The notes under the pieces: model-generated
The model's input: only the letters and a program-made list of their open reading frames with translations
What the model was told of the DNA's origin: nothing
Databases searched by the model: none
Part shown: positions 48,142 through 59,710 of the stretch, piece after piece
Position numbering within the stretch: position 1 is the first letter of the stretch
Layout: every line of letters starts with the position of its first letter
Assembly: GCA_030390025.1 (NCBI GenBank)
Contig: CM059433.1
Coordinates: forward strand, 19,904,001-19,968,000
Origin: Squalus acanthias
Taxonomy: Eukaryota
Direction: 5' to 3'
Length of the DNA: 64,000 nucleotides
Position numbers and translations under genes: made by a program

Positions 48142-49905
48142 TCTCACCCTGGCATTCATGAGGGTAAATGTTATGAATTCACAATTGCACTGGGAGTGCA
48201 ATTCATAACTCATACCCTGTAGAGTTTATTGCATTACAATTGAATCCTTACATCTGTGCATTCATTGAGAATCATTCGTAACAAAGATTGATGTTTAATA
48301 CATTTCTCTCTTTTATGCAGACACTTTTCTTGCTGTGTGGGCTTCTTTGATACTTTTTTTACACAGTCCTTTCTTTTCTCAGCACAGCCAGTACTCGCCC
48401 CTGCCTCTGACGCAAGCGAGTTATTGATCTTTCATGCTTGAGAAAGAACTAGTGTAACTTGTCATCGTCACTGAGACATTTCCTATTTAATAAATTGTGT
48501 CTTGTGTTCAGAGAAATTTGGTAATTAAGCAGATTTTTTTAAATTGTCTTTCTATTTCTGTTTTGGAGCGAGGACAAGTCATAAGATGCCAAAACAGATG
48601 CACAGTGTGCACATCAGTGTCTCAAGAATTTTACGGTACATGTGGGAAACAAATGGCTCTGTCTGAAGGCAGATATGTGACGACTGACCCTATCATTCGT
48701 TTTAGATGAATAAATACCATTGTCTCCAGCTGACTCCATCAAAGAATAATCTTATCTCTACCAAGACATTGCAATTTTTTGTGATTCAGAGACTAATTCA
48801 AGAAAGGTTAGTTCACACACTATTAGCTAGTGTGTCAGGCATTTTTATGTACAAAAGAAATGGTCGATGATACCATAAAAAATCATTTGCTGTTGATTGC
48901 TTTCCAAAAGGAATCTTGGTAAGCTGATGGCCTTCTTTGAATTTGCTTTACTGCCACATGTGATGGTAATAGACTAATGGAGATCATTTTGTAAGTACTG
49001 TGTATGAAACAAGATGAGTTGTTTATATTCCCCGTGCTTCTGTTAAATTCAGTCTAACTGTAGTGACAAAAGGCTACAGTTAAGTTACTGATTTCTTGTT
49101 CGCCAGCAGATGTAGTGAAAGATTTTGCCAGAGGTACCAACCTACCAAATGATTTTGTTCTTCTGGCAGGGGTAGTACAATACTGGGGCTAGAACTAGTT
49201 AAAGACTGGTTTCATCTCTGTCACTGTAAGTTTCCTGTGCTTTTCTGAGAGTAAACAAGGTTGGATACTCATTCTTCGTAGCAAAGGACTCCAGCAATGT
49301 ATTTGTTTGGCAATGGATTGCTTCAGGAATCAGGTTAATTTGCCATTCAGGCAGATTTACTGCACATTGCTGATATGGCTGGATGAAGATTGACGTATGA
49401 AGGCACTATATAAATGCGAGTTGTTGTTGGTGTATTTAAATCCGACTGAAGCAGAGCATTGTTGCTAATATATAGCTGGGGGAAGACCAGGTATTGGCTC
49501 GCAACTGGCCAATCCAATCATAAATATTTCATGTCGACCTTTCCTGTGGATTGAATTTGTTGAAGTTTACCTTGTCTTTTTGTATCTGGTAATGTATTAC
49601 AGATATACAGCCAGCCACATGCAGCAGAAAACATGGGGTGTTATAATAGTGAGTTCTTAAAAGCCTTTAGAAAATGCCAAAAGCATGGTCTTGGGGATTA
49701 TTGGCCTATTAGCTTGACATCTATTGTGGAAAAAAATACTGCCATCTATTATAAAGGGAGCAATTCAGCCACATCAAGCAGGGGTAAAGGCAATAAATCC
49801 AAGCCAATGTAGATCTATGGTAAGCAGGTCATGCCTAATAAATTGATTGGATTTCTTTGAGGATAAAGCAGACTTAGCCCATCAGGCTAAGGTGTTGGAC
49901 ATTAT

Positions 49906-50730
49906 GGGCTGGATTTTCATTGACCCGTGGAGGCGGGTTTGGAGGCGTGTGGGGGGTTAAAGTTGCAGATTCGGGGGTCCCGAACCCATCCTGCCCCCAA
50001 CCCGCCTCCATGCCAGTTTCGTTGGAGGCGGGTACCCGACCTGTGCTGGGAGCCGCCTCCCCGAAGCGGGAAGGGGATTAGTGGCAATAAACTGCCTGTT
50101 AACAGGTAGTTAACAGGCAGTTTTTTGCCTAATCCCTATTTTGATTCGTGAAATGTGGGCTTCCCGACAGGTCCCAACCACGGCAAGTTAGCGAGGCGGA
50201 CCGTGGGTCTGCAGGGGTTGGAGGGGTCGATATGTCCGGTGGGCAGGTGAGTGATGAGTGTATGTGTACAGACGTAAGTGTGTAAGGTAAGTGTAAAGTG
50301 TGGGAAAAAGTTTTACTTACCTTAACTTCCTCCTGCAGGTGTCAGCCCTTCAGGTCTCAGGAGTCAGAAATCTCACCGGCACAGAAAGCAGAATGCCGTG
50401 GTGCTGTCAAAAACTGCAGCCTCTGTTTTCTGTGCTGGAATGTTTTCTAACTCAGCCTGAGAGGAAGGACTCAAGTTAGAAGACAGATTGACAGAGCTGT
50501 CAAACGCTGATATTTCATCTGTCAAAAGCTCTTGACAGATGAAATGTCAATCTGTGACGACACCTGTTGCTGGGTGGCCGTTGATTGGCCTGCTGAGCTC
50601 ACTGGGCGGGCTCAACAAGGTCAATCAAGTGAAAATACAGTGGGTTGGCCACAAGTCGATGGAGGCGGAACTACAACCCAAAAAGTGGAAGTCCCGCCTC
50701 CATCACATCCCCAGTATCAAAATCCAGCCC
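49906..50730. mobile_element. Harbinger-derived hairpin-rich MITE (family A)
   Basis: TIRs gggctggatttt / aaaatccagccc; TSD TAT. Confidence 0.9.
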
Positions 50731-50769
50731 TATATCTTTGCTTGTAGAAGGCATTTAATAAGCTACGCC

Positions 50770-51760
50770 ACAGCAAACATGGCTGAAGCCAATGCTTGTG
50801 GGATCCAATATGAAACTAAATTGGATTGCTTGCTATTTGAGAAGACAATAGATTGAAAGATATTTAATTGAGTAACTGTGATAAGTACACTCTCCGCCCC
50901 CCCGCCCCCCACCTCGCCTAGTGATCATGGGCCTCCTCCATTAATGATATTTATTGATAAAGATATTGCAAGTAGAATGGCTAAGTTTGTAGATTAGGCA
51001 AAATTGGGTGGAAATGTAGGACGTAGATGAATATTACGCAGACCCTTACAACATTTACCAAATGGTAATGTGAATGACCAGAAGATGTTTAATATTGAGA
51101 AACTTAAAGTAATATATAATGGTGCTATGAGCAACAAATGTGACATAGTGAAGGTCACATTATTAAGAAGAAGCAGGAGAAAAATTTGGTTGTTCTATTG
51201 ATAAAACATCAAAAGTGTCCTCATATTGTATGGCAGCATACGTTCAAGCGGTGATACTGATACTCTATAAAGCACTGGTAAGTCCACACTTGCAGCATTG
51301 AGGCTAGTCTTGATCCTTGAAAAGAGAGGTATTTTAAAGGTTTCAAAGAACGGTATCAGTCCGATATGCATGAGATCCCAATAGAAGCTGAGGGAATGAA
51401 ATTTGCTTTGGGAAGATGTCTAAGACATGCATGATCCAAATGTTTTAAATCCTGAAAGAAATCAGTAAGTGGAGATGCCGAATCTCTATCTGCTGAAGGA
51501 AAAGGTAATTAGGGAATGTGATTATTTGCTAGGGAAACCTTTAGCTGAATGTTACATGAGGAGTCATTGCTTTACACTAAAGAGTGACTCCATGAACTAT
51601 GAGGAAGTTTAGTCAGATTAGAAACTGGCAAATCTAGTTTCCATATTCAAGATGTTTGACAGACTCATACCTGATAACTACAGACCCATTAACCTGACCT
51701 CAATAATTGTTGCTCGAATGGAAGATTGATTAAGGACAGGACACTGGATTCTTTGAACAA
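50770..51760 (+). mobile_element. Highly degraded CR1 RT (upstream part at about 49690-49900)
   Basis: Remnants of KFADD-like (aagtttgtagat), LYKALVsPHL and NYRPInLTS. Confidence 0.5.
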
Positions 51761-52611
51761 TCAGAAATGTGCCATCTCTCTTAGATTTTTACACTAGATA
51801 TCTTCTTGACTTCAGCATCACTGGAACTCGTATCCCCTACATTCTGTCCGTCATCGAGATAAATAATAGCATAGCCCACGGATCATGACAGAGAACCCTG
51901 ACTCTGTACACTGGCTACTGGAATATACCACCTGATTCTTCTCTCTCTCGAAAGCGGACTAATTATGCACTCTTACCAGACCAAGACTCAGGTTCTGAAC
52001 CAACAGTGGTAAATAATCTAAAACACTGAATCATGCTTTGCTAACCGACTCGATACGTAAAATAATAAAGATGCCACCAACTATCTTTAAACATAGATTG
52101 GAGAATATAAACTCACTTCTTATCCTGAAACAGGACACATAATACAATTCTGTAACTGAAGAATTCTGGGCATCGAGCTATCCGAGGACTACAGGCAATC
52201 AATCCCCTTCTCAAATGTATCAGACACAACTGTCCATCAAAGTTACTACCCCAGACTGGGCCCTGATTCCTTGGATCTGTGTCAAGATTGCATGGGACGA
52301 CCTTTGAGGTTCTACTGAAACAAAATGCTGCTTTTTCTTATCAGTGTTAAATAGATCAATAATCTTTGCCAATGGCTAGTCTGTTTGTCCCCAAACTTGA
52401 TCGACCTGTGATAACTGGAACTAAATGCCTCTACACTCACCCTGAATAAACATATAAGACCGTTGTTTCACAAAGGCCCCTACTTTGATGCATAGTAATT
52501 AACCTTCATCTGCTATAATATGTATTTTCTGTGCCTTGCAGATCCCCACTTACCAAAATCCACCATTAACCCTGAGTGTGCTGTTCTCCATAATAAGACT
52601 ACACCAGTTAA

Positions 52612-55165
52612 AATTACATAGGATTACATAGGATATATGGCACAGAAACAGGCCATTCGGCCCAACCAATCCATGCCAGCGTTTATGCTCTACACGAGCC
52701 TCCCCCTGTCTTTCCTCATCTAAATCTATCAGCATAACCCTCTATTCCCTTCTCCCTCATATGCTTGTCTAGCCTCCCCTTAAATGCATCTACACTATTT
52801 GCTTCAAGCACTCCCTGTGGTAGCGAGTTCCACATTCTCACCACTCTTTGGGTAAAGAAGTTTCTTCTGAACTCCCTATTTGATTTCTTGGTGACTATCT
52901 TATATTGATGGCCTCTAGTTATGCTCTTCCCCACAACTGGAAACATTCTCTCTGTATCCATTCTATCAAAACCTTTCATAATTTTAAAGACCTCTATTAG
53001 GTCACCCCTCAGCCTTCTTTTTTCAAGAGAAAAGAGACCCAGCCTGTTCATCCTTTCCTGATATGTATACCCTCGCATTTCTGGTATCATCCTTGTAAAT
53101 CTTCTCTGCACCCTCTCCAGTGCCTCTATATCCTTTTTATAATATGGCAACCAGAACTGTACGCAGTACTCTGAGTGTGGTCTAACCAAGGTTCGATACA
53201 GGTTTAGCATAGCTTCCCTACTTTTCAATTCTATACCTCTAGAAATAAACCCTAGTGCTTGGTTTGCTTTTTTTATGGCCTTGCTAACCTGTGTCGCAAC
53301 TTTTCGTGATTTGTGTATTTGTACTCCGAGATCCCTTTGTTCCTCTACCCTACCTAGACTTGCACCCTCCAAGTGATAAGTGACCTCCCTATTCTTCCTA
53401 CCAAAATGTAATACCTCACATTTATCTGTGTTGAACTTCATTTGCAAATTATATGCCCATTCTGCATGTTTATTAAAGTCCTCCTGTAATTTGTTGCAGT
53501 CCTTCTCCGTATTGACTATCCCCCACAATTTGGAGTCATCCACAAATTTAGAAATTGTATTTTTGATTCCAAAGTCTAAATCGCTAATGTAAATTGTGAA
53601 CAGCAGTGGTCTCAGCATTGATCCTTGTGGAACACCACTACCCACCTTCTGCCACTGTGAATAGCTACCTTTACTCCCACTCTCTGCTTTCTGCCTTGAA
53701 GCCAGCAAGCCATTCTGCTACTTGTCCCCTGACTCCGCATTCTCTGACCTTGTTCATCAGTCTATTATGGGGTACCTTATCGAAGGCCTTTTGAAAATCT
53801 AGATAAATTACATCTACTGCATTACCATTGTCTACTCTCTCTGTTACCTCTTCAAAAAATTCAATAAGGTTGGTCAAACAAGACTTTCCCTTTTGAAATC
53901 CATGCTGACTATTCATTATTATAATTTTGGTTTCTAGATTGTCTTCTATTTTCTCCTTTAGTAGGGATTCCATTATTTTTCCTACCACTGATGTTAAGCT
54001 GACTAGTCTATAGTTCCCTGGACATGTTCGATCCCCCTTCTTAACTATCGGTATTGTGTTAGCTAGTCCTCTGGCACTACACCTTTTTCTAATGAATTAT
54101 TAAATATGTGTAGTAATGCCTCTGCTATCTCTTCCCTAGATTATTTTAAAATGCGTGGATGCAATCCATCCGGACCAGGGGTTTTATCCTCTTTGAGTTT
54201 GATTGGTTTATTTAATATATCCCCTTTTTTTTATTTTAAATGCACCTATCTCATTACTAATCTCATCATCCAATGTCATGTCCACCTGTTCTATCTCCCT
54301 GGTAAATACTGAAGCAAAATAATTATTTAATATTTCTGCCATCTCTCTATCGTTACCTGTTGTATTATCCTGTCTATCCCTTAATGGCCCTATTCCCATC
54401 ACAACCATCCTTTTTTTATTGATGTTCCTATGAAATATTTTACTATTTTGTTTTATGTTCCTTGATCATTTAAATTCATAGTTCCTCTTTGCCTCTCTAA
54501 TTGTTTTTTGACTTCTCTCCTAATCTTTTTGTATTCTCCCTTATCATGCACTCCCCTGCTATCTATGTACTTAATGTATATCTCTTTCCTTACCCTCAAT
54601 TCTTCCCTTATGGTTTTATTCATCCATGGAGTCTCATTATTGTTTAGTTTGTTCTTTCCTTTTAGCAGAATATATTTTCCGTGCACTCTGTTGAACACCA
54701 TTTTAAATGTTTCCCATTGCTGTTCTATATTGTTGTTTGCCAATATTGTTGCCCTTTTTTCCCCCAAGTTCTATTCTCAGCTGCTCGAATTCAGCTTTTC
54801 TCCAATCTATGTCCTTCTCAATTATCATCTTAAAGCGTGTTATATTATGGTCACTATTGCCTATATGTTCCCCTACTTTTACTTCTTTTATCTGCTCTGG
54901 TTCATTCCCCATTACTAGATCCAATAGCGAATCCTCTCTTGTTGGGCTTTTTAAATATTGGGTTGGAAAGGAGCCCTGTACACAGTGTAGGAACTCTATT
55001 CCCTTATCCCCTTTACCTACCTCTTCTGTCCAATTAATATCAGGTAGTTGAAATCCCCCATGGTTATTATTCTATGTTTTTTTACTCATTTCCCTAATTT
55101 GTCTGCATATTTCTTCCTCCATCTCCCTTCCACTATCAGGTGGTCTGTAGACTACACCTATTCGT
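52612..55165 (-). mobile_element. CR1 LINE ORF2 (EN C-terminal half through RT to 3' tail), frameshifted
   Basis: ORFs 53671-53988 (QHGFQKGKSCLTNL...YLDFQKAFDKVPH) and 52716-53708 (GVPQGS, KFVDD, VRPHSEYCVQFW); GDFN/DLV endonuclease motifs; (ttacatagga) tail. Confidence 0.95.
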
Positions 55166-55859
55166 GTGAATTCAATGTAGATAAAACATATAATTTTGTT
55201 ACAACATTTCCACTCCCACTTTGTTAAAAACGTTACTTGCATGTGAGCCCAATAGCTTGCTTGTGAGGGTTGTGCTCACTTTATTAAGCACACAACCATA
55301 GCTGACAATTCCCCCAGGTCTCACAATTCCATAGGCTGTGTGGAAATCTACCTGACAGCCATGTCGCTTCTTTGCCTGGCACCTCTGACACCTTGCTCCA
55401 ACCATGGTTGCACTCATGTTACGTCAGTGGGGCCTAGCAGCCATCACATTTGGCCAAACCACTGTGCACTGCTACTTCTGGCTCCTAACCGGTGCTGCTC
55501 ACTGGCCTAGCCACGGGCTGCCACCTTGCTGGAGTACCTGCACCCGATAAAAAGTTTGCTCTGCCCCCAGCCGAGGTGTCTATCATGTGACCCACTAGAT
55601 CTTCCTGCCTTCCCTCTTTCCCCCCACCTCCCCTCATGGAACATGTAAACATACCTGAGGCTAGCTCATTCTGAAGAAGATGTGGCTTGGAACCATTTTC
55701 TGGCCACATTGGGGAGCTCTGGGTGGTTGAGAACATGCTCCCTGGATAAAGTGGAGGAATGAGTTTTCTCTCCCGCCTTGGCTGGGGTCAGTTAGCTATA
55801 CCTCGGACAGCCACTTGACTTCTTCTAAACCAGGCTCCTGGGACAGTCGAATCTTTAAG

Positions 55860-56255
55860 CTGGGAACTCTTTTCTCTAGAAAGGAGAAGGCTGAGGGGTG
55901 ACCTAATAGAGGTCTTTAAGGTTGTGAATGGGTTTGATATGGTAGACGTAGAGAAGATGTTTCCACTTGTAGGGTGCCCAAAACTAGGGTCCCTCAATAT
56001 AAGATAGTCCTCTACAAGTCAAATAAGCAATTCAGGAGAAACTTCTTTACTCAGGAGAGTGGTGAGAATGTGGAACTTGCTACCACACGAAGCAGTTGAA
56101 GTGAATAGCATAGATACATTTAAGGAGAAGTTAGATAAGTACAGGAGGGAGAAAGGAATAGAAGCATATGAGGACGCTTGTTTGGAGCATGAAGACTGGC
56201 TTAGAGCAGTTGGGCTGAATATCTTGTTTCTATGCTGTAATTTCTATGTAATAAT
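55860..56255 (+). mobile_element. CR1 3' fragment
   Basis: RRLRGDLIEVFK, VRMWNLLP. Confidence 0.8.
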
Positions 56256-56744
56256 CATTTGGGTCATGATTTTCCACCACTCTGCATATCAGCAACAACT
56301 CACTGCCTGAAATCATGCTGATCTCCTGATCTGTTCAGGTGGGCAAAGGCCAGGGCTGTGCACCAGCCAACTCTGCAGCTGACTGTGCTGGATTGACAAT
56401 GCCTGTACTTCCTTGTTGAGCCCTGGCCTCCTCTTTGTTAAGCAGTCTGGCCGTAACTCTTTTCACTACTACATCATTTCATATCAAAAGCTTGAATGGC
56501 ATGGTCAATAAGACCATACTTCTTCCACCCCTGCCAAACTGGAGCCATGGCACCCAAAGCCCCCAAAGCCCCTGAATGTGAGCAATTCTGCAATTGAGTG
56601 TGAGTCAGTTGAACTTTTCAAAAAGAAAACAAATTCCTGATTCAATAGAGGTATATTAGCTTAGTGCAAAGGAGGAGGAGGAAAATCGACTCAGTGGGTT
56701 CCATGCACAGACCTAAATAACTGAGCAAACCAAATAAATTGAAT

Positions 56745-57505
56745 GGCCTAGAAATTCGTGTGGCCGGCTTGCCGCGGGGGTAAGGATCGTGCGCGCTCTT
56801 ACCTACCGCGCCTGCCGTTGTGTTTTGGGCCCACAGGAACTTCGGGTCCCGGGCCCCTCCCAAGAGCCGGCGCGCAGTGCTTGCGTGTTCCAGGGGCGCA
56901 GTTAGTGCGATGCAACCCCTGGGATCACGTGGGCCATGGAGAGCCAATGGCAGCAGACCATCTTTCATTCATAGATTTGACAGAAGACCTGTCAAATCTG
57001 TGAATTGAAATCGGCCCCAAAAGAACAGCTAAACTTAAAATAAATTTAAAATAAAACCATCACATTTATAAAATAACTATAGTTAAATAAATTAACCACT
57101 TTAAACAAAAATTTAAATTTTTGAAAAAATTAAAATACTTTTTAAAAGTTATAAAAATAAACTTACCTTTCTTTAAAGTATCTAAAAAAGATAAACCTGT
57201 TGAAAAAAATTAAAATTATACTTAATTAACCACTTACCTTGTTCAAAAGGGGTCTTACGCCTCCTTTTATTAGCGTAGAATCTTCAATACTTACCCTTGC
57301 GTAGAAACCTGAAAAAAATCTAAGTGTGCTGCGTGCGCGCAGCCTCTAGCGCGCACGCGGTTCACCTAGGAACTGCCCCCTTCACCATACCGGAAGTGCC
57401 AGTTTCCCGCGCATGCGCAGTGCATGCAGGAAACCAGCACTTCGGAAAGCAATACGGGTGAGTACGCACTGAGTACTCACCCGGGAACAGCCAAATTTTT
57501 GGGCC
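56745..57505. mobile_element. Harbinger-type MITE with CpG-rich arms and an AT-rich core
   Basis: TIRs ggcctagaaatt / aatttttgggcc; TSD AAT. Confidence 0.8.
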
Positions 57506-57569
57506 AATGCCTTTTTCTCAAATCTGTGTTCTGCTCCTCATCAGAAAGCTACTTACCTAAATAAATTGT

Positions 57570-58520
57570 TGAAAATTGTTTCTGGCCCTCGGCGACATCA
57601 TCTGAAAACACAACATCTGGTTCCACATGTATGCTGATGACACCCAGCTGTATCTCACCACCACCTCTCTCGAACCCCTGTCCCTCCCACTGTCTCTGAT
57701 TTGTCACGCTGCTTGTCCGAAATCCAGTATTGGATGAGCAGAAATCTCCTCCAATTAAATATTTGGAAGACCAAAGCCATTGTCTTCAGTTCCAAACGCC
57801 TTTCCATAGCCACCGACTCCGTCCTTCTCCCTGGCCACTGTTTGAGGCTGAACCAGAATGAGCTGAGCTTCTGACTCCCTATCCTCTGCATCACGAAGAC
57901 CACCTATTTCCACTTCTGTAACGTCTCTGACCCTGCCTCAGCTCATCTGCTGCTGAAATGCTTACCCATGCCTTTGTTACCTCTAGACTTGACGATTCCA
58001 ATGCTCTGCTGGCTGGCCTCCCACCTTGCAGCCTCTGTAAACTTGAGCTCATTCAGAACTCTACTGCCCATATCCTGACGCACACCAAGTCCCGTTCACC
58101 CATCACCCCTGTGATCACTGACCTACATTGGCTTCCGGTCCAGCAACGCCTTAATTTTAAAATTCTCATCCTTGTTTTAAAAGCCCTCCCTATCTATGTA
58201 ACCTCCTCCAGCCCTACAACACTCAGATCTCTACGCTCCTCCAATTCTGGCCAATTGCACATCACCGATTTTAATCGCTCCAACATTGGCGTCTGTGCCT
58301 TCCGTTGCCTAGGCCCGAAGCTCTGGAGTTCACTCCCTAAACCTCTCCAATCTCTACCTCTCTTTCCTCCTTTAAGACGCTCCTTAATACTTACCTTTTT
58401 CATCAAGCTTTTGGTCACCTGTCCTAACATCTCCTTATGTGGCTCGGTGTCAAATTTTGTTTGATAATCGCTCCTGTGAAGCGCCTTGGGACATTTGACT
58501 TAGTTAAAGGCACTTATGTA
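57570..58520 (+). mobile_element. L2 LINE, RT to 3' end
   Basis: YADDTQLY (tatgctgatgacacccagctgtat), HAFVTSRLD.SNALLAGLP, LHWLPV, and L2 tail. Confidence 0.92.
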
Positions 58521-58887
58521 ACTTATTAAGTCGGAGTGGGGTTAAAGAGAATCATGAATTTCAAACACGGTGCTGTGTACATAATACAGGTGCTGGAAGT
58601 ATGCTTGTGAAGTTGGAGTGTGATATCTTCAGTTTAATTTGGGTGTCATTTCTAGGTAGGAATAATTACCAACAGAATTAAGTGTAAAACTGTAACAGTT
58701 GCAGAAACAACAATTGAAAGATTTGTAATGGAGGAGAAGGTCGTGGTTCATACTATGCAGAATGTTGTAAATGTTGTAAATGCCAGCTGTACTGTTGTTG
58801 ATAAACCACAACGCAGCAGGAATTAGCAGTGAAAAGAAGACATTTTGCGGATGCGCTACCATTTATACAGCATGAAACAGCATCTTA

Positions 58888-59710
58888 GGGGGGAATTTTG
58901 CCAGCCCTGGGGAGGCGGAAATGGAGGTGGGACTGCCGGGAAAATGGCAGAATCTGGGAGCGGGTACCCATCCCGCTCCCAACCTGCCTCCGTGCCATCT
59001 TCCCAGGAGGCGGGTCCCCGTCTTGCGCAGGGACTCGTCTCCTCGAGGCGGGAAGGGGATTAGTGCCAATTAACAGGCAGTTTTTTGGCTTTTCCCTATT
59101 TTGAGCCCTAAAGTGTGGGCTTCCCGATGGCTCTGAACCTCGCCAGGGTCAGCGAGGCGAGCGGTGAGTCTGCGGGGGTCTGAGGGGCCGAAATGTCTTC
59201 TGTGGAGGTGAGTGATGGGTGCAAGTGTGGAGAGGTAAGTGTGTGAGGTGAGTGTAAAGTGTTCTAAGAAGTTTCCTTACCTTTGCTTCTTCCACCAGGC
59301 TTCAACCCTTTAGGCTGCGGAGCTGCCTCATCTCAACGGCAGGGAATGCAGAATGGCCGCTGCATTCTCAAATGCAGCAGCCTTCTGCTTTCTGCTCAGG
59401 AGAGATTTCTAAGTGAGCTTGTGTCCAAGGTCTCACCTTAGAAGACAGATTGTCAGTGTTTGACAGCTTCACAGAGCTGTCAAACGCTGACAATTCATCT
59501 GTCAAAAAATCTCGACAGATGAAACGTCATTTGCTGACATCATCTGTCACCAGCTTTCCATTAATTGGCCGGTTAAGCCCGCAGGGCGGGCTTAACAAGG
59601 CCAATCAATGGAAAATAGCGTGGGTTGGCCAGACGTCGCTGGAGGCGGGACTAAAAACCGGCAAGCAGCAGTCCCGCCTCCAACACTTCTCCATTCAAAA
59701 AATCCAGCCC
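58888..59710. mobile_element. Harbinger-derived hairpin-rich MITE (family A)
   Basis: TIRs ggggggaattttg / aaaatccagccc; flanks TTA/TTT; inverted homolog of 18287-19110. Confidence 0.9.

Noticed and set aside
56290..56360. 5S rRNA-like SINE head (cctgaa...gatctcctgatct)
   Set aside because: The similarity is too short and degenerate to support
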